From the human T2T-CHM13v2.0 reference genome, Homo sapiens, in NCBI RefSeq assembly GCF_009914755.1, contig NC_060935.1: 64,000 bases of DNA; one strand, given 5' to 3'. The notes under the pieces are model-generated. The model saw only the letters and a list, made by a program, of their open reading frames with translations. It was not told the DNA's origin and searched no databases. Positions 27,054-37,230 of this stretch are shown one piece after another. Each line of letters begins with the position of its first letter. Position 1 is the first letter of the stretch. The position numbers and the translations under genes were made by a program.

Positions 27054-27369
27054 TATGCTGTGCTTTTTTGAGGTCCCCAAATAAGAACGAGAGCAAAATC
27101 CAAAACAACCTCTTTCACTTTGGGAACCTAGCCAAGAAACTAAAGAAAGTACATTCCTTAGCATTTTTTTTTCTTTCTTATTTCTTAAACTCTCACAACA
27201 ACACGACTACTGTCTCAATCTTTATCTCCGGAAGAAAAATTACTTAAAACATTGATATAAAAAGGCTATGGTATATCTACTTTTCTTCTTATCATTTCAG
27301 TGATATTAGATAATAAAAAGTACTTCTTGAATTTGTCAATATTTTAATAAAATTCCTGAAGCTGCATAC

Positions 27370-27905
27370 AAGCAGTGAGAAAGTCCACACTTTTCTTTTA
27401 CCGGATCTTAATGGAAAAGTTTCCCATTTTATTCCATTGATTATAATGTTTGCTATGGTTTTCCCATAAATGCCCTTTATTATGTTGAGAAACTTTTCTT
27501 CTATATCAAAACGGTTGAGAGATTTTATCAAGAAAGAATCTTGGATTTTGTCAAATGTTTCTTTCTCTGTCAATTGAGATGATCATGTGGTTTTTATTTT
27601 TCATTCCATTAATGAAATGTATCACATTGATTAATTTGTGTATTTTTCAAGCAGGCATACACACCAGGAATAAACCCCACTTGGTCACAAAGTATAATCT
27701 TTTTGATGCGTTATTGGATTCGGTTTGCTAGTATTTTATTGAGAATTGTTTCCATCAATATTCATCAGAGAAATTGGTCTATGGTTTTGTTCCCTTGTGA
27801 TTCTTTGTCTGGTTTAGGTATCAAGGTGATACTGGCCTTGTAAAATGTGTTTAGAAGTATTCTCTCCAGCTCTATTTTCTTGGAAGAATTTAAAAAGTAT
27901 CAGTG
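27370..27905 (-). mobile_element. L1 ORF2 reverse-transcriptase region fossil (L1M)
   Basis: ORF 27292-27573 peptide EKETFDKIQDSFLIKSL...ANIIINGIKWETFPLRSG aligns by eye to L1 ORF2p EKAFDKIQHPFMIKTL...ANIILNGEKLKAFPLRSG. Confidence 0.9.
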
Positions 27906-28424
27906 TTTGCTAAGAATAAAAGAAATAAAGTTAATGAAGAAGAGGGTGGAACAAGTAGAAGTCACCTTAGTATTGAATAAAAACTTAGATTTTTTGGCAA
28001 AAACAAACATTTTTGATAACATATGAAATGATATCCCTGCCCTTGCTGAAGTATTTGTGCAGTATATTAACCACATTTCTACTAACGATAAATGGAAAAT
28101 ACTCTCTGCCTGTTTACTATATATTTCAATACACTAATAGAAGTAAAAAGTTTTACATTTTTGATACCTAAACCATGGCAAAATTTTATAAATGGATCAC
28201 TTTAAAATATGTTAAGGATCCTTTTCAATATAATGATAAGAATTTAATGTATAGATAGATCAGGAAGCATATTTATCCGCAGAATCTGGTATTCAGAAAT
28301 AACAGATGATTGACAGGACCCCCAAAGCTTTTATATTTCACTATTACCTTTTAATATTACTTTTAATTTTTAATAATCTAGATCAGTAATAACCCAGAGA
28401 TAGCCTTGGGAAAGACACACCCTT

Positions 28425-28985
28425 ATATCAATCAGGAGATGTATTCAGCTGCAAATAAGATAAAATCCAACTAATAGGAATACCGACAGGTAAGAAATGT
28501 GTGCGTCTTCTGCAGCAATAAATGTGGTACTAGTTATTATTGAGCTGGCACTGTAGCTCAGTAATGTTACCAGAAAGCCATGTACTTCCCATCTTCCTGC
28601 TCAGCAGTTTTTAGTTTGCAGTTCTTTATACTTGTCGCTGCCTCAGTTTGTCAACAAAATGATTGCTGGGGCTCCAGATTTCAAGTACAAATTACAGACA
28701 GAAGAAAGAGATAAAAGAAGGGAAGAAGGTCTCTCTCCTAGCAAGGCCTTGTCTTTTTTTCCCAGAAGTCATGCTCTCCTGGGACTTCTTTCAAAATCAC
28801 ATTAGACAGAAATGTGTCACATGGCTGTCCCTAGATGTCTGAACCCCGGAAAGTGAACTTTTTTTTTTTTTAAGCTGGATACTCACCACCTGTAAGCTAA
28901 ACGCAGTCATTATTGAATTGTTAAGAAAGAAACAGAATGGATATGGGCAACAGGCAGTATCCAAGTGACCTGTAGCCATCCAAGT
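28425..28985 (-). mobile_element. Old MLT1K/L-like LTR
   Basis: attcagctgcaaataaga, aaaatgattgctggggctccag, gtcacatggc. Confidence 0.55.
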
Positions 28986-29084
28986 GATTCAGTCTCTAAA
29001 CGTATGGCCTATGAGTAATAAGGCCAAAATAAAACAACAAAATAAAACAAACACAAGAATATATATTTTTCTCTTGATTGATCA

Positions 29085-29660
29085 TTATTTTTAACTTGAA
29101 TAAATTTAAGGGGTGCAAGTGCAGTTTTTTTACATAGATATAATTTGTACTGGTGAACTCTGGGCTTTTTGTATGACTATTACCCAAATAGTGTACATTG
29201 TACCCATTAAGTAATTTCTCATCTCCCACCCACCCTTGCCCTTCCACCCTTGTGAGTCTCCAGTGACTATTGTTTTACACTCTATGTTCATTTGTGTACG
29301 TTATTCAGCTATCATTTATAAGTGAGAATGTGGTATTTGACATTCTATTTCTGAGTTGCCTCCTTTAAGATAATGGCTCCCAGTACCATCCATGTTGCTG
29401 CAAAAGACATGTTTTTATTTTTATGCCTGAATAGTATTCCATTATGTATATATACCACATTTTCTTTAATCATTATTTGATGGACAGGCTGACTCCATAT
29501 CTTTGCTATCGTGAATAGTGCTGTGATAAACATAGGAATGCCAGTGTCTTTTTCATAAAAAGATTTCTGTTCCCTTGGGTATATACCTAATAGTGGGATT
29601 ATTGGATCAGATAGTAGTTTTATTTTTATTTACTTGAGAAATCTTCACACTGTTTTCCAC
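29085..29660 (-). mobile_element. L1PB/L1MA 3' end
   Basis: Reverse L1 3' UTR; ORF 29345-29533 MFITALFTIAKIWSQP matches the L1 ORF2 C-terminus. Confidence 0.88.
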
Positions 29661-31482
29661 TGATTATTTTTATTCTCTCAGAACCACTTAAAAGCAGAGA
29701 AATGAGTTATAGCCGCCAACAGATTAGGAGAAAGGTAAAAACAATAATATCAAACTTTCTTATAATTGTAAACAAGTTTAGCATTCTTTTTCATTAAGGT
29801 TACATTGCATCAAACCTGCGTAAATTTACTCACTTCAACAATCACAGTTGAAGCCCACTTTATTATTTTTAATTTCCTACCTACTTGAATTGCCTTAAAA
29901 TGTCATAATGTCTTAGAGATTTTCTGGTAGTTTCTATATCCAGTTATCAATCTATATCCTATAGTCAAAAAGTCACCAGTTTGTTTGATCTGTTATAAAT
30001 ACATGAATGGGAAAATAGGATCACTAAGTTTAGGAGAGAGGGTATTTTGTAAAATAAAGTGAATTTATGATCCATCATGAATTTAGAAATATAAAAGCAT
30101 TCTAAATTATGCAGTCGGGCTGAATAAAAAGTACATCTTTATTTCAAACAATAAACATTGAAATTTTCAAATAATCCAATGCTATTTATAAAGAGAAGAA
30201 AATTTTCTAGAAGCAATAAGTTTATTTTTTCTTTCAGAGACAACAAGAATTTGTTTATGAAGACTTGATAACTATTCATATATTTGAGAGGCTATTGTCT
30301 AGAAGGGAAATGAACTTATTTTACTGGACCAAAATAAACAAACTGATGGTTGATATATATAGGAAAGCACATTCTGGTTCAATTAGGTATCAGTGTTTTG
30401 ACTGGATTTATATGAAAATGGAATAAGTTTTCCAAGAACATCATGAGTATACAGTCATTAGAGCAGCTTGTATATAAAGGTAGAATCAAAAATAATTTTG
30501 CTGAAATCATGGGACCATAAACAGAATTAGGTAACAGGTCAATGTAGTCACAGTGAGATTGGGATAACATTATCAGTTTGAACTCAGCATTTAGAATTTG
30601 AAGTGTCACTGGGGAAATTATTTACTAACACTTAGCAGTTTTAATTGCATGTTAAAATTTGTGAGGTACTTTGCTTTACTGGAGAGCTTCATTTGCAACA
30701 TTCAGCATGAAACTTTAAGGCTGCAACTTGCCCAAGGCTTACCACACTGGAATCTTCTCCAAAATATTAAGTGACTTCACTTTAGGCTTCTATTAGTTTA
30801 TTTGACTTCCTTTCCTGGGCCTACTGTGTTTTCTTTTGCTTAGGTCCTTGGAGAACTAAGGGGATTTTTTTCCTATAAATCTCAGGTTCCTCTCAGAAGG
30901 AAGAAATCAAAACTTTCTCACAGATTCTACCACAGGTCACTGAACTCTGGAACTAACGTCCTCTCTTCAATGATGTGGGAATGTCGTGTCAATCTTTATG
31001 AACAATTCCTGGCTTCTCTCTATTTCTCTTTTCTTCCCTTTCCGAGGCCACAGATCTTCAAGGGTGCAGTGCAGAGGAGAATTCTTCTTTCTTTACAAAA
31101 ATCCTTTTATGTTCTCCTGACACCTTCCTCTACCTTGACATCCCCAGCTATCCAAAGCTAACCAGAACTTAACTATGTCCATTAGTCCAAAGAGTCAGCA
31201 ATCATGTATCTAATTAGCAAATTTTGCTTGCACCTCTGCCCTTGAAAGCCCCAGTATATCACTGTTTCTATCCCCCTTTAACATTTCATGTAAAATACTA
31301 CTTGTTACATCTTTAGCAAAATTTAATTTCCCAATCTATAATTATTTTTATGGTAGAGGCAGAGAGAGGCCTGGGAGGAAGAGGAATTTGAGGTTGTTAT
31401 GAGTCATCACTGATAACAACTTAAATTTAAACAATTTGAAGTTTTAAAATTTTTGTTTGGATATTAAAACAAAATTAGAATG

Positions 31483-32197
31483 TAGTAAAAACCCTCTTAA
31501 ATGCCGTCAAGTTAGTGGAACCACTGAATTAGCTGATTCTCTCGATTCTCTGTAAATGTGCTATGCTTATTCACAGCCCACTGTGTATTTGCTGCTGTGC
31601 TTTAGTAAGGATATGCACCTCTGCTCCTGTGAGTTGAAGTGGATGCTTGCCAAGTGCTGATTGTACTGTTTCCCAAACCTATCTACTTCTTATTGGAATT
31701 ACGTCATTTACTTTAATACTAAATAAACTGATGAAACGTGTGCTGAAAAAGAAAGAATTCCCTTTCTATGAGAACCTAGTTGAATGCTTTGTAAAGTTTT
31801 GATGTTAGTGAGTTGCTAAAAGCTTTGTTGTCAAATTGATGGGGGTGGGAAAAACCTAAAAAGCAGAGAGAAAAATTATGAAAACCAAAAGAGTTTTGTA
31901 TTTAAATTGCCTTGCAAGTTTTTCTTTGTCGTAATGCTATCTCTACTTTAGAGAAACTGAAAAGATAATTAAATATTATAATATAACAATGGTCTATGCA
32001 AGCACAGTGACTCAGAACTCCTAAGTGATGTAAAGAAACTCCAAGAAAGGCATGTCTCTGGAACCATAGACTAGTGACTGGATGCTATTTCTGTCAGATA
32101 TTAAATAATTTTCTTATAATTCCATCTTTTTACGACTTTCATGACTTAGCTAAACAAAAACTCCCCCCAATTTCATCAGAGGAGAGAGTTTTTAATA
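31483..32197 (+). mobile_element. Ancient Tigger-family (TcMar) DNA transposon with decayed transposase N-terminus
   Basis: Degenerate termini tagtaaaaccctc / gagagtttttaata; interior about 31730-32050 reads as a frameshifted pogo/CENP-B-like HTH region. Confidence 0.55.
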
Positions 32198-32229
32198 TAC
32201 ATATAAATCATTTAGGATAGGCTAGTTCT

Positions 32230-32500
32230 CCTCTGTCTTTGGTTATTTTAAGCTTACAGAAAATTTGCAAGATAAGAACGATAAACTGCCCTATATTTTT
32301 CACCCAGATTCACCATTGTTGATATCTTGACACTGTTGCTTTCCCAGTTGTTTACTGTATACTATTTACTTCCACTACTTTTACTCTATACCATTATTTT
32401 TATTTATTGACATTTGACAGTACATTGCAGATATCATGCCCTTTTACTCCTAATAATTTCAGAAAATTTAACCTTGATCCTGTAATATAATGTAATATAC
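32230..32500 (-). mobile_element. L1MC-like 3' UTR fragment
   Basis: acagaaaatttgcaaga, cacccagattcacc, ttgcagatatcatgccctt. Confidence 0.55.
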
Positions 32501-33522
32501 AATTCACCATTGCATTTCAGGAAACACTGTTAAATTCAAACAACATATATTTAAATTGGGTACAGCAGTGAGGATGACTCAAAAATTGGAAATTAGGATA
32601 CAATGCCTGCCTTCTCAGAGATAAACTTTGAAATAAGCACATAATAGGTTATAACAGAAATTGACTATCACCTCAAATAGATAAATATTTGAGAGGAAAT
32701 GTGGAATGGACTGTAACCTTATTGAAGTGTTAATATATCCAAGGGATACATGCATTACTCAGAAACAAGGGAGGGGAAGCTACGCAATCACAGAAGAGGC
32801 AAAGTTGAGAGAGACAGAACCTTTCAGTAGTTCTGCTTAAGCATTGTCTAATTAGGTAGTGATCTCTCAGTGGTGATACAATTTATCCAGCATTTTCATT
32901 ACTATTTTTGTAGTAGGACAAATTAAACAAAGTCTGTAAGTACTTGGATCAAATACAAACTTTGTTTTCGAGTTTGATGCACATCAAATGGCACAAATCG
33001 GTAACATTTTCCGATAAATTGCCTATTAAAGAAAGAAACAAAAATAACAGAAGAGATTTCTATTCTGTTGTCAGATTAAATTTCATATTGAACTTTAAAA
33101 ATGTATTCATTATTATTTTCAAAATAATATTACTTTCTCTGCTTAAAAGTCTTCAACAGTTCTTCATTGTTTTAATAATAATGCCAGATTTTGAGCCAGA
33201 GATTCTAAGTTGTTCATAATTTAGTCTTACCCTAAATTCGTGATCTAAGTCTTTGACTTGTGACCTAGAATATCACAATTGCCCACTATACTCCCAAAGC
33301 ATCGTCTCATTTTCTCTTCAGTGCTGTGACCAACTCTCCTAAATCTCTGTTTGCAAAATATTATCTCTTTAAAATTAACTACCAATGACATTCCAAGTCA
33401 TAACGGAGCCTGAGGCAAAAGCAAAAATCAGCAATACTGGTCCTGTCTTTATTAAAATGTTAATATTTTGTTCATCATGTTTTTTGGTGTTTATATGGAT
33501 TTTTAGAAAAATACTGCATTAG

Positions 33523-33576
33523 TCCCTCTCCCTCTCCCTCTCCCTCTCCCTCTCCCTCTCCCTCTCCCTCTCCCTC
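33523..33576 (+). repeat. SVA (TCCCTC)9 hexamer head
   Basis: Nine perfect units counted. Confidence 0.97.
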
Positions 33577-33945
33577 ACCCCACAGTCTCCCTCTCATGCG
33601 GAGCCGAAGCTGGACTGTACTGCTGCCATCTCGGCTCACTGCAACCTCCCTGCCTGATTCTCCTGCCTCAGTCTACCGAATGCCTGCGATTGCAGGCACG
33701 CGCCGCCACGCCTGACTGGTTTTGGTGGAGACGGGGTTTCGCTGTGTTGGCCGGGCCGGTCTCCAGCCCCTAACCGCGAGTGATCCGCCAACCTCGGCCT
33801 CCCGAGGTGCCGGGATTGCAGACGGAGTCTCGTTCACTCAGTGCTCAATGGTGCCCAGGCTGGAGTGCAGGGGCGTGATCTCGGCTCACTACAACCTACA
33901 CCTCCCAGCCGCCTGCCTTGGCCTCCCAAAGTGCCGAGATTGCAG

Positions 33946-35880
33946 CCTCTGCCCGGCCGCCACCCCATCTGGGAAGTGAGGAGTGTCTCTGCCTGGCCGC
34001 CCATCGTCTGGGATGTGAGGAGCCCCTCTGCCTGGCTGCCCAGTCTGGAAAGTGAGGAGCGTCTCCGCCCGGCCGCCATCCCATCTAGGAAGTGAGGAGC
34101 GCCTCTTCCCAGCCGCCATCACATCTAGGAAGTGAGGAGCGTCTCTGCCCGGCCGCCCATCGTCTGAGATGTGGGGAGCGCCTCTGCCCCGCCGCCCCAT
34201 CTGGGATGTGAGGAGCGCCTCTGCCCGGCCGAGACCCCGTCTGGGAGGTGAGGAGCGTCTCTGCCCGGCCGCCCCGTCTGAGAAGTGAGGAGACCCTCTG
34301 CCTGGCAACCACCCCGTCTGAGAAGTGAGGAGCCCCTCCGCCCAGCAGCTGCCCGGTCTGAGAAGTGAGGAGCCTCTCCGCCCGGCAGCCACCCCATCTG
34401 GGAAGTGAGGAGCGTCTCCACCCGGCAGCCACCCCGTCCGGGAGGGAGGTGGGGGGGGGTCAGCCCCCCGCCCGGCCAGCCGCCCCATCCGGGAGGGAGG
34501 TGGGGGGTCAGCCCCCCGCCCAGCCAGCCGCCCCGTCCGGGAGGGAGGTGGGGGGGTCAGCCCTCCGCCCAGCCAGCTGCCCCGTCTGGGAGGTGAGGGG
34601 CGCCTCTGCCCGGCCGCCCCTACTGGGAAGTGAGGAGCCCCTCTGCCCGGCCAGCCGCCCCGTCCGGGAGGGAGGTGGGGGGGTCAGCCCTCCGCCCGGC
34701 CAGCCGCCCTGTCCGGGAGGGAGGTGGGGGGGTCAGCCCTCCGCCCGGCCAGCCGCCCCGTCTGGGAGGTGAGGGGCGCCTCTGCCCGGCCGCCCCTACT
34801 GGGAAGTGAGGAGCCCCTCTGCCCGGCCAGCCGCCCCGTCCGGGAGGGAGGTGGGGGTATCAGCCCCCCGCCCGGCCAGCCGCCCCGTCTGGGAGGGAGG
34901 TGGGGGGGTCAGCCCCCCGCCCGGCCAGCCGCCCCGTCTGGGAGGGAGGTGGGGGCGTCAGCCCCCCGCCCGGCCAGCCGCCCCGTCTGGGAGGGAGGTG
35001 GGGGGGTCAGCCCTCCGCCCAGCCAGCCGCCCCATCCGGGAGGGAGGTGGGGGGGTCAGCCCCCCGCCAGGCCAGCCGCCCCGTCCGGGAGGGAGGTGGG
35101 GGGGTCAGCCCTCCGCCCAGCCAGCCGCCCCATCCGGGAGGGAGGTTGGGGGGTCAGCCCCCCGCCCGGCCAGCCGCCCCGTCCGGGAGGGAGGTGGGGG
35201 TATCAGCCCCCCGCCCGGCCAGCCGCCCCGTCTGGGAGGGAGGTGGGGGGGTCAGCCCCCCGCCCGGCCAGCCGCCCCATCCGGGAGGGAGGTGGGGGGG
35301 TCAGCCCCCCGCCCGGCCAGCCGCCCCGTCCGGGAGGGAGGTGGGGGTATCAGCCCTCCGCCCGGCCAGCCGCCCCATCCGGGAGGGAGGTGGGGGGGGT
35401 CAGCCCACCTGCTGGGCCAGCCGCCCCGTCCGGGAGGTGAGGGGCGCCTCTGCCCGGCCGCCCCTACTGGGAAGTGAGGAGCCCCTCTGCCCGGCCAGCC
35501 GCCCCGTCCGGGAGGGAGGTGGGGGGGGGGGGTCAGCCCCCCCGCCCGGCCAGCCGCCCCGTCCGGGAGGGAGGTGGGGGGGGTCAGCCCCCCTGCCCGG
35601 CCAGCCGCCCCGTCCGGGAGGTGAGGGGCGCCTCTGCCCGGCCGCCCCTACTGGGAAGTGAGGAGCCCCTCTGCCCGGCCAGCCGCCCCGTCCGGGAGGG
35701 AGGTGGGGGGGTCAGCCCCCCGCCCGGCCAGCCGCCCTCTCCGGGAGGGAGGTGGGGGGGGGTCAGCCCCCCTGCCCGGCCAGCCGCCCCGTCCGGGAGG
35801 TGAGGGGCGCCTCTGCCCGGCCGCCCCTACTGGGAAGTGAGTAGCCCCTCTGCCCGGCCACCACCCCGTCTGGGAGGTGT
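33946..35880 (+). repeat. SVA VNTR (about 37-50 bp GC/CpG-rich units)
   Basis: Tandem units gcccggccagccgccccgtccgggagggaggtggggggg and ctactgggaagtgaggagccc. Confidence 0.97.
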
Positions 35881-36380
35881 GCCCAACAGCTCATTGAGAA
35901 CGGGCCAGGATGACAATGGCGGCTTTGTGGAATAGAAAGGCGGGAAAGGTGGGGAAAAGATTGAGAAATCGGATGGTTGCCGTGTCTGTGTAGAAAGAAG
36001 TAGACATGGGAGACTTTTCATTTTGTTCTGCACTAAGAAAAATTCCTCTGCCTTGGGATCCTGTTGATCTGTGAACTTACCCTCAACCCTGTGCTCTCTG
36101 AAACATGTGCTGTGTCCACTCAGGGTTAAATGGATTAAGGGCGGTGCAAGATGTGCTTTGTTAAACAGATGCTTGAAGGCAGCATGCTCGTTAAGAGTCA
36201 TCACCAATCCCTAATCTCAAGTAACCAGGGACACAAACACTGCGGAAGGCTGCAGGGTCCTCTGCCTAGGAAAACCAGAGACCTTTGTTCACTTGTTTAT
36301 CTGCTGACCTTCCCTCCACTATTGTCCCATGACCCTGCCAAATCCCCCTCTGTGAGAAACACCCAAGAATTATCAATAAA
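35881..36380 (+). mobile_element. SVA SINE-R domain (HERV-K env/U3-derived)
   Basis: aacagctcattgagaacgggcca...tgtagaaagaagtagacatgggagac...gagaaacacccaagaattatcaataaa. Confidence 0.95.
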
Positions 36381-36411
36381 AAAATAAATTAAAAAAAAAA
36401 AAAATAAAATA

Positions 36412-36495
36412 AATAAATACTAAGGGAACTCAGAGGCTGGCGGGATCCTCCGTATGCTGAACGCTGGCCCCCTGGGCCCCCTTATTTCTTTCTCT
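36412..36495 (+). mobile_element. HERV-K(HML-2) LTR5 segment (approximately the R region) inside the SVA insertion
   Basis: AATAAATACTAAGGGAACTCAGAGGCTGGCGGGATCCTCCGTATGCTGAACGCTGG...CCCCTTATTTCTTTCTCT matches recalled LTR5_Hs sequence downstream of its AATAAA; followed by A16 and the 3' TSD. Confidence 0.9.
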
Positions 36496-36959
36496 AAAAA
36501 AAAAAAAAAAAGAAAGAAAGAAAAATACTGCATTAAATTACTGTTTGTTTTGATTACTGAGTTTTTTGATGCCTCATTAAATTTTTCACCTCAGTCTAGA
36601 GGCTCACTTACTTCACCCTCAAAGCTCTTTCATGAAGACATCCTGATCCTTCAAGTAAAATTTGTCTTGTCTGGATTTCCAGAGCACTTTGTTTCTCTCT
36701 CTTTTATAACATACAACGATTCTACCTTTACTATTACCACTACTAGTTCTTAAGCTCACAGAAAGCTAGTAGTATCTTTGTCTCACCTTCAGTACTTTGC
36801 ACTCTAATACAGTTAATGCTGTAATACAAAGGGAAGAAGCAATGCATTTTAATGGTAAAATTGAGACTTCACTTTGTTTTCTCCCATTTAGTATCTACTC
36901 CTCTTCGAAATATTTTTGTTAAAAGGCTCTTTGGAAATGTAAAGAGTGGCAGTCTGTGA

Positions 36960-37230
36960 ATTAGTCATTCTTTCCCTCAAGAAATACACACTGCGCATAT
37001 ACTACACACCATGTGCTATTCTAAGTGGAGAGTATCCTGCAGTGAATGTGTCAGACACAGTCCCTGAACTCATGGAGAATGCATGCTAAAGGGGGAAGTT
37101 CAAGAATTAAAATATGTCACTGATGGTGATGAGTAATATGAAAGAAGAAGCACAGGGTATAAGGAAGTCTATGGGGGAATTCCTTTAACCTTGGGTGGGC
37201 GGATTTGAACAAAGTTACTTAAGAAAGATA
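36960..37230 (-). mobile_element. L2 fragment
   Basis: tgtgctattctaagtg...gcagtgaa...acacagtccctgaactcatggag. Confidence 0.6.

Larger units (their letters stand above)
33522..36518 (+). mobile_element. Full-length SVA retrotransposon, SVA_F-type (human-specific), with 3' HERV-K LTR5 extension
   Basis: Hexamer head, Alu-like domain, GC-rich VNTR, SINE-R, AATAAA at 36375-36380 and poly(A). Perfect 17-bp TSD AGAAAAATACTGCATTA at 33505-33521 and 36519-36535. Recalled F-type diagnostics ctcatgcggagcc, ggttttggtggag, caacctacacc, aagaattatcaataaaaaaataaatt. Confidence 0.97.
33383..36620 (-). mobile_element. MER96B-like hAT element split by the SVA (33383-33521 and 36536-36620)
   Basis: ggagcctgaggcaaaa...cctgtctttatt...ttgttcatcatg...actgcatta joins to aattactg...ttgattactgagttttttg...aaattttt...cttcaccct. 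Confidence 0.7.

Noticed and set aside
27292-27573. RT-like 93-aa ORF
   Set aside because: Degenerate internal fragment of L1 ORF2; annotated as a fossil, not a gene
33946-35880. Repeat array superficially like a CRISPR array
   Set aside because: Tandem units without unique spacers, no cas genes, and a standard SVA VNTR in primate DNA
33722-36387. Many long Pro/Gly/Arg-rich ORFs (up to 253 aa)
   Set aside because: They arise from the stop-poor GC-rich SVA VNTR, Alu-like and SINE-R domains; SVA is non-coding
36421-36495. Independent LTR5 insertion next to the SVA
   Set aside because: No LTR termini or separate TSD; it is polyadenylated and lies inside the SVA's TSD pair
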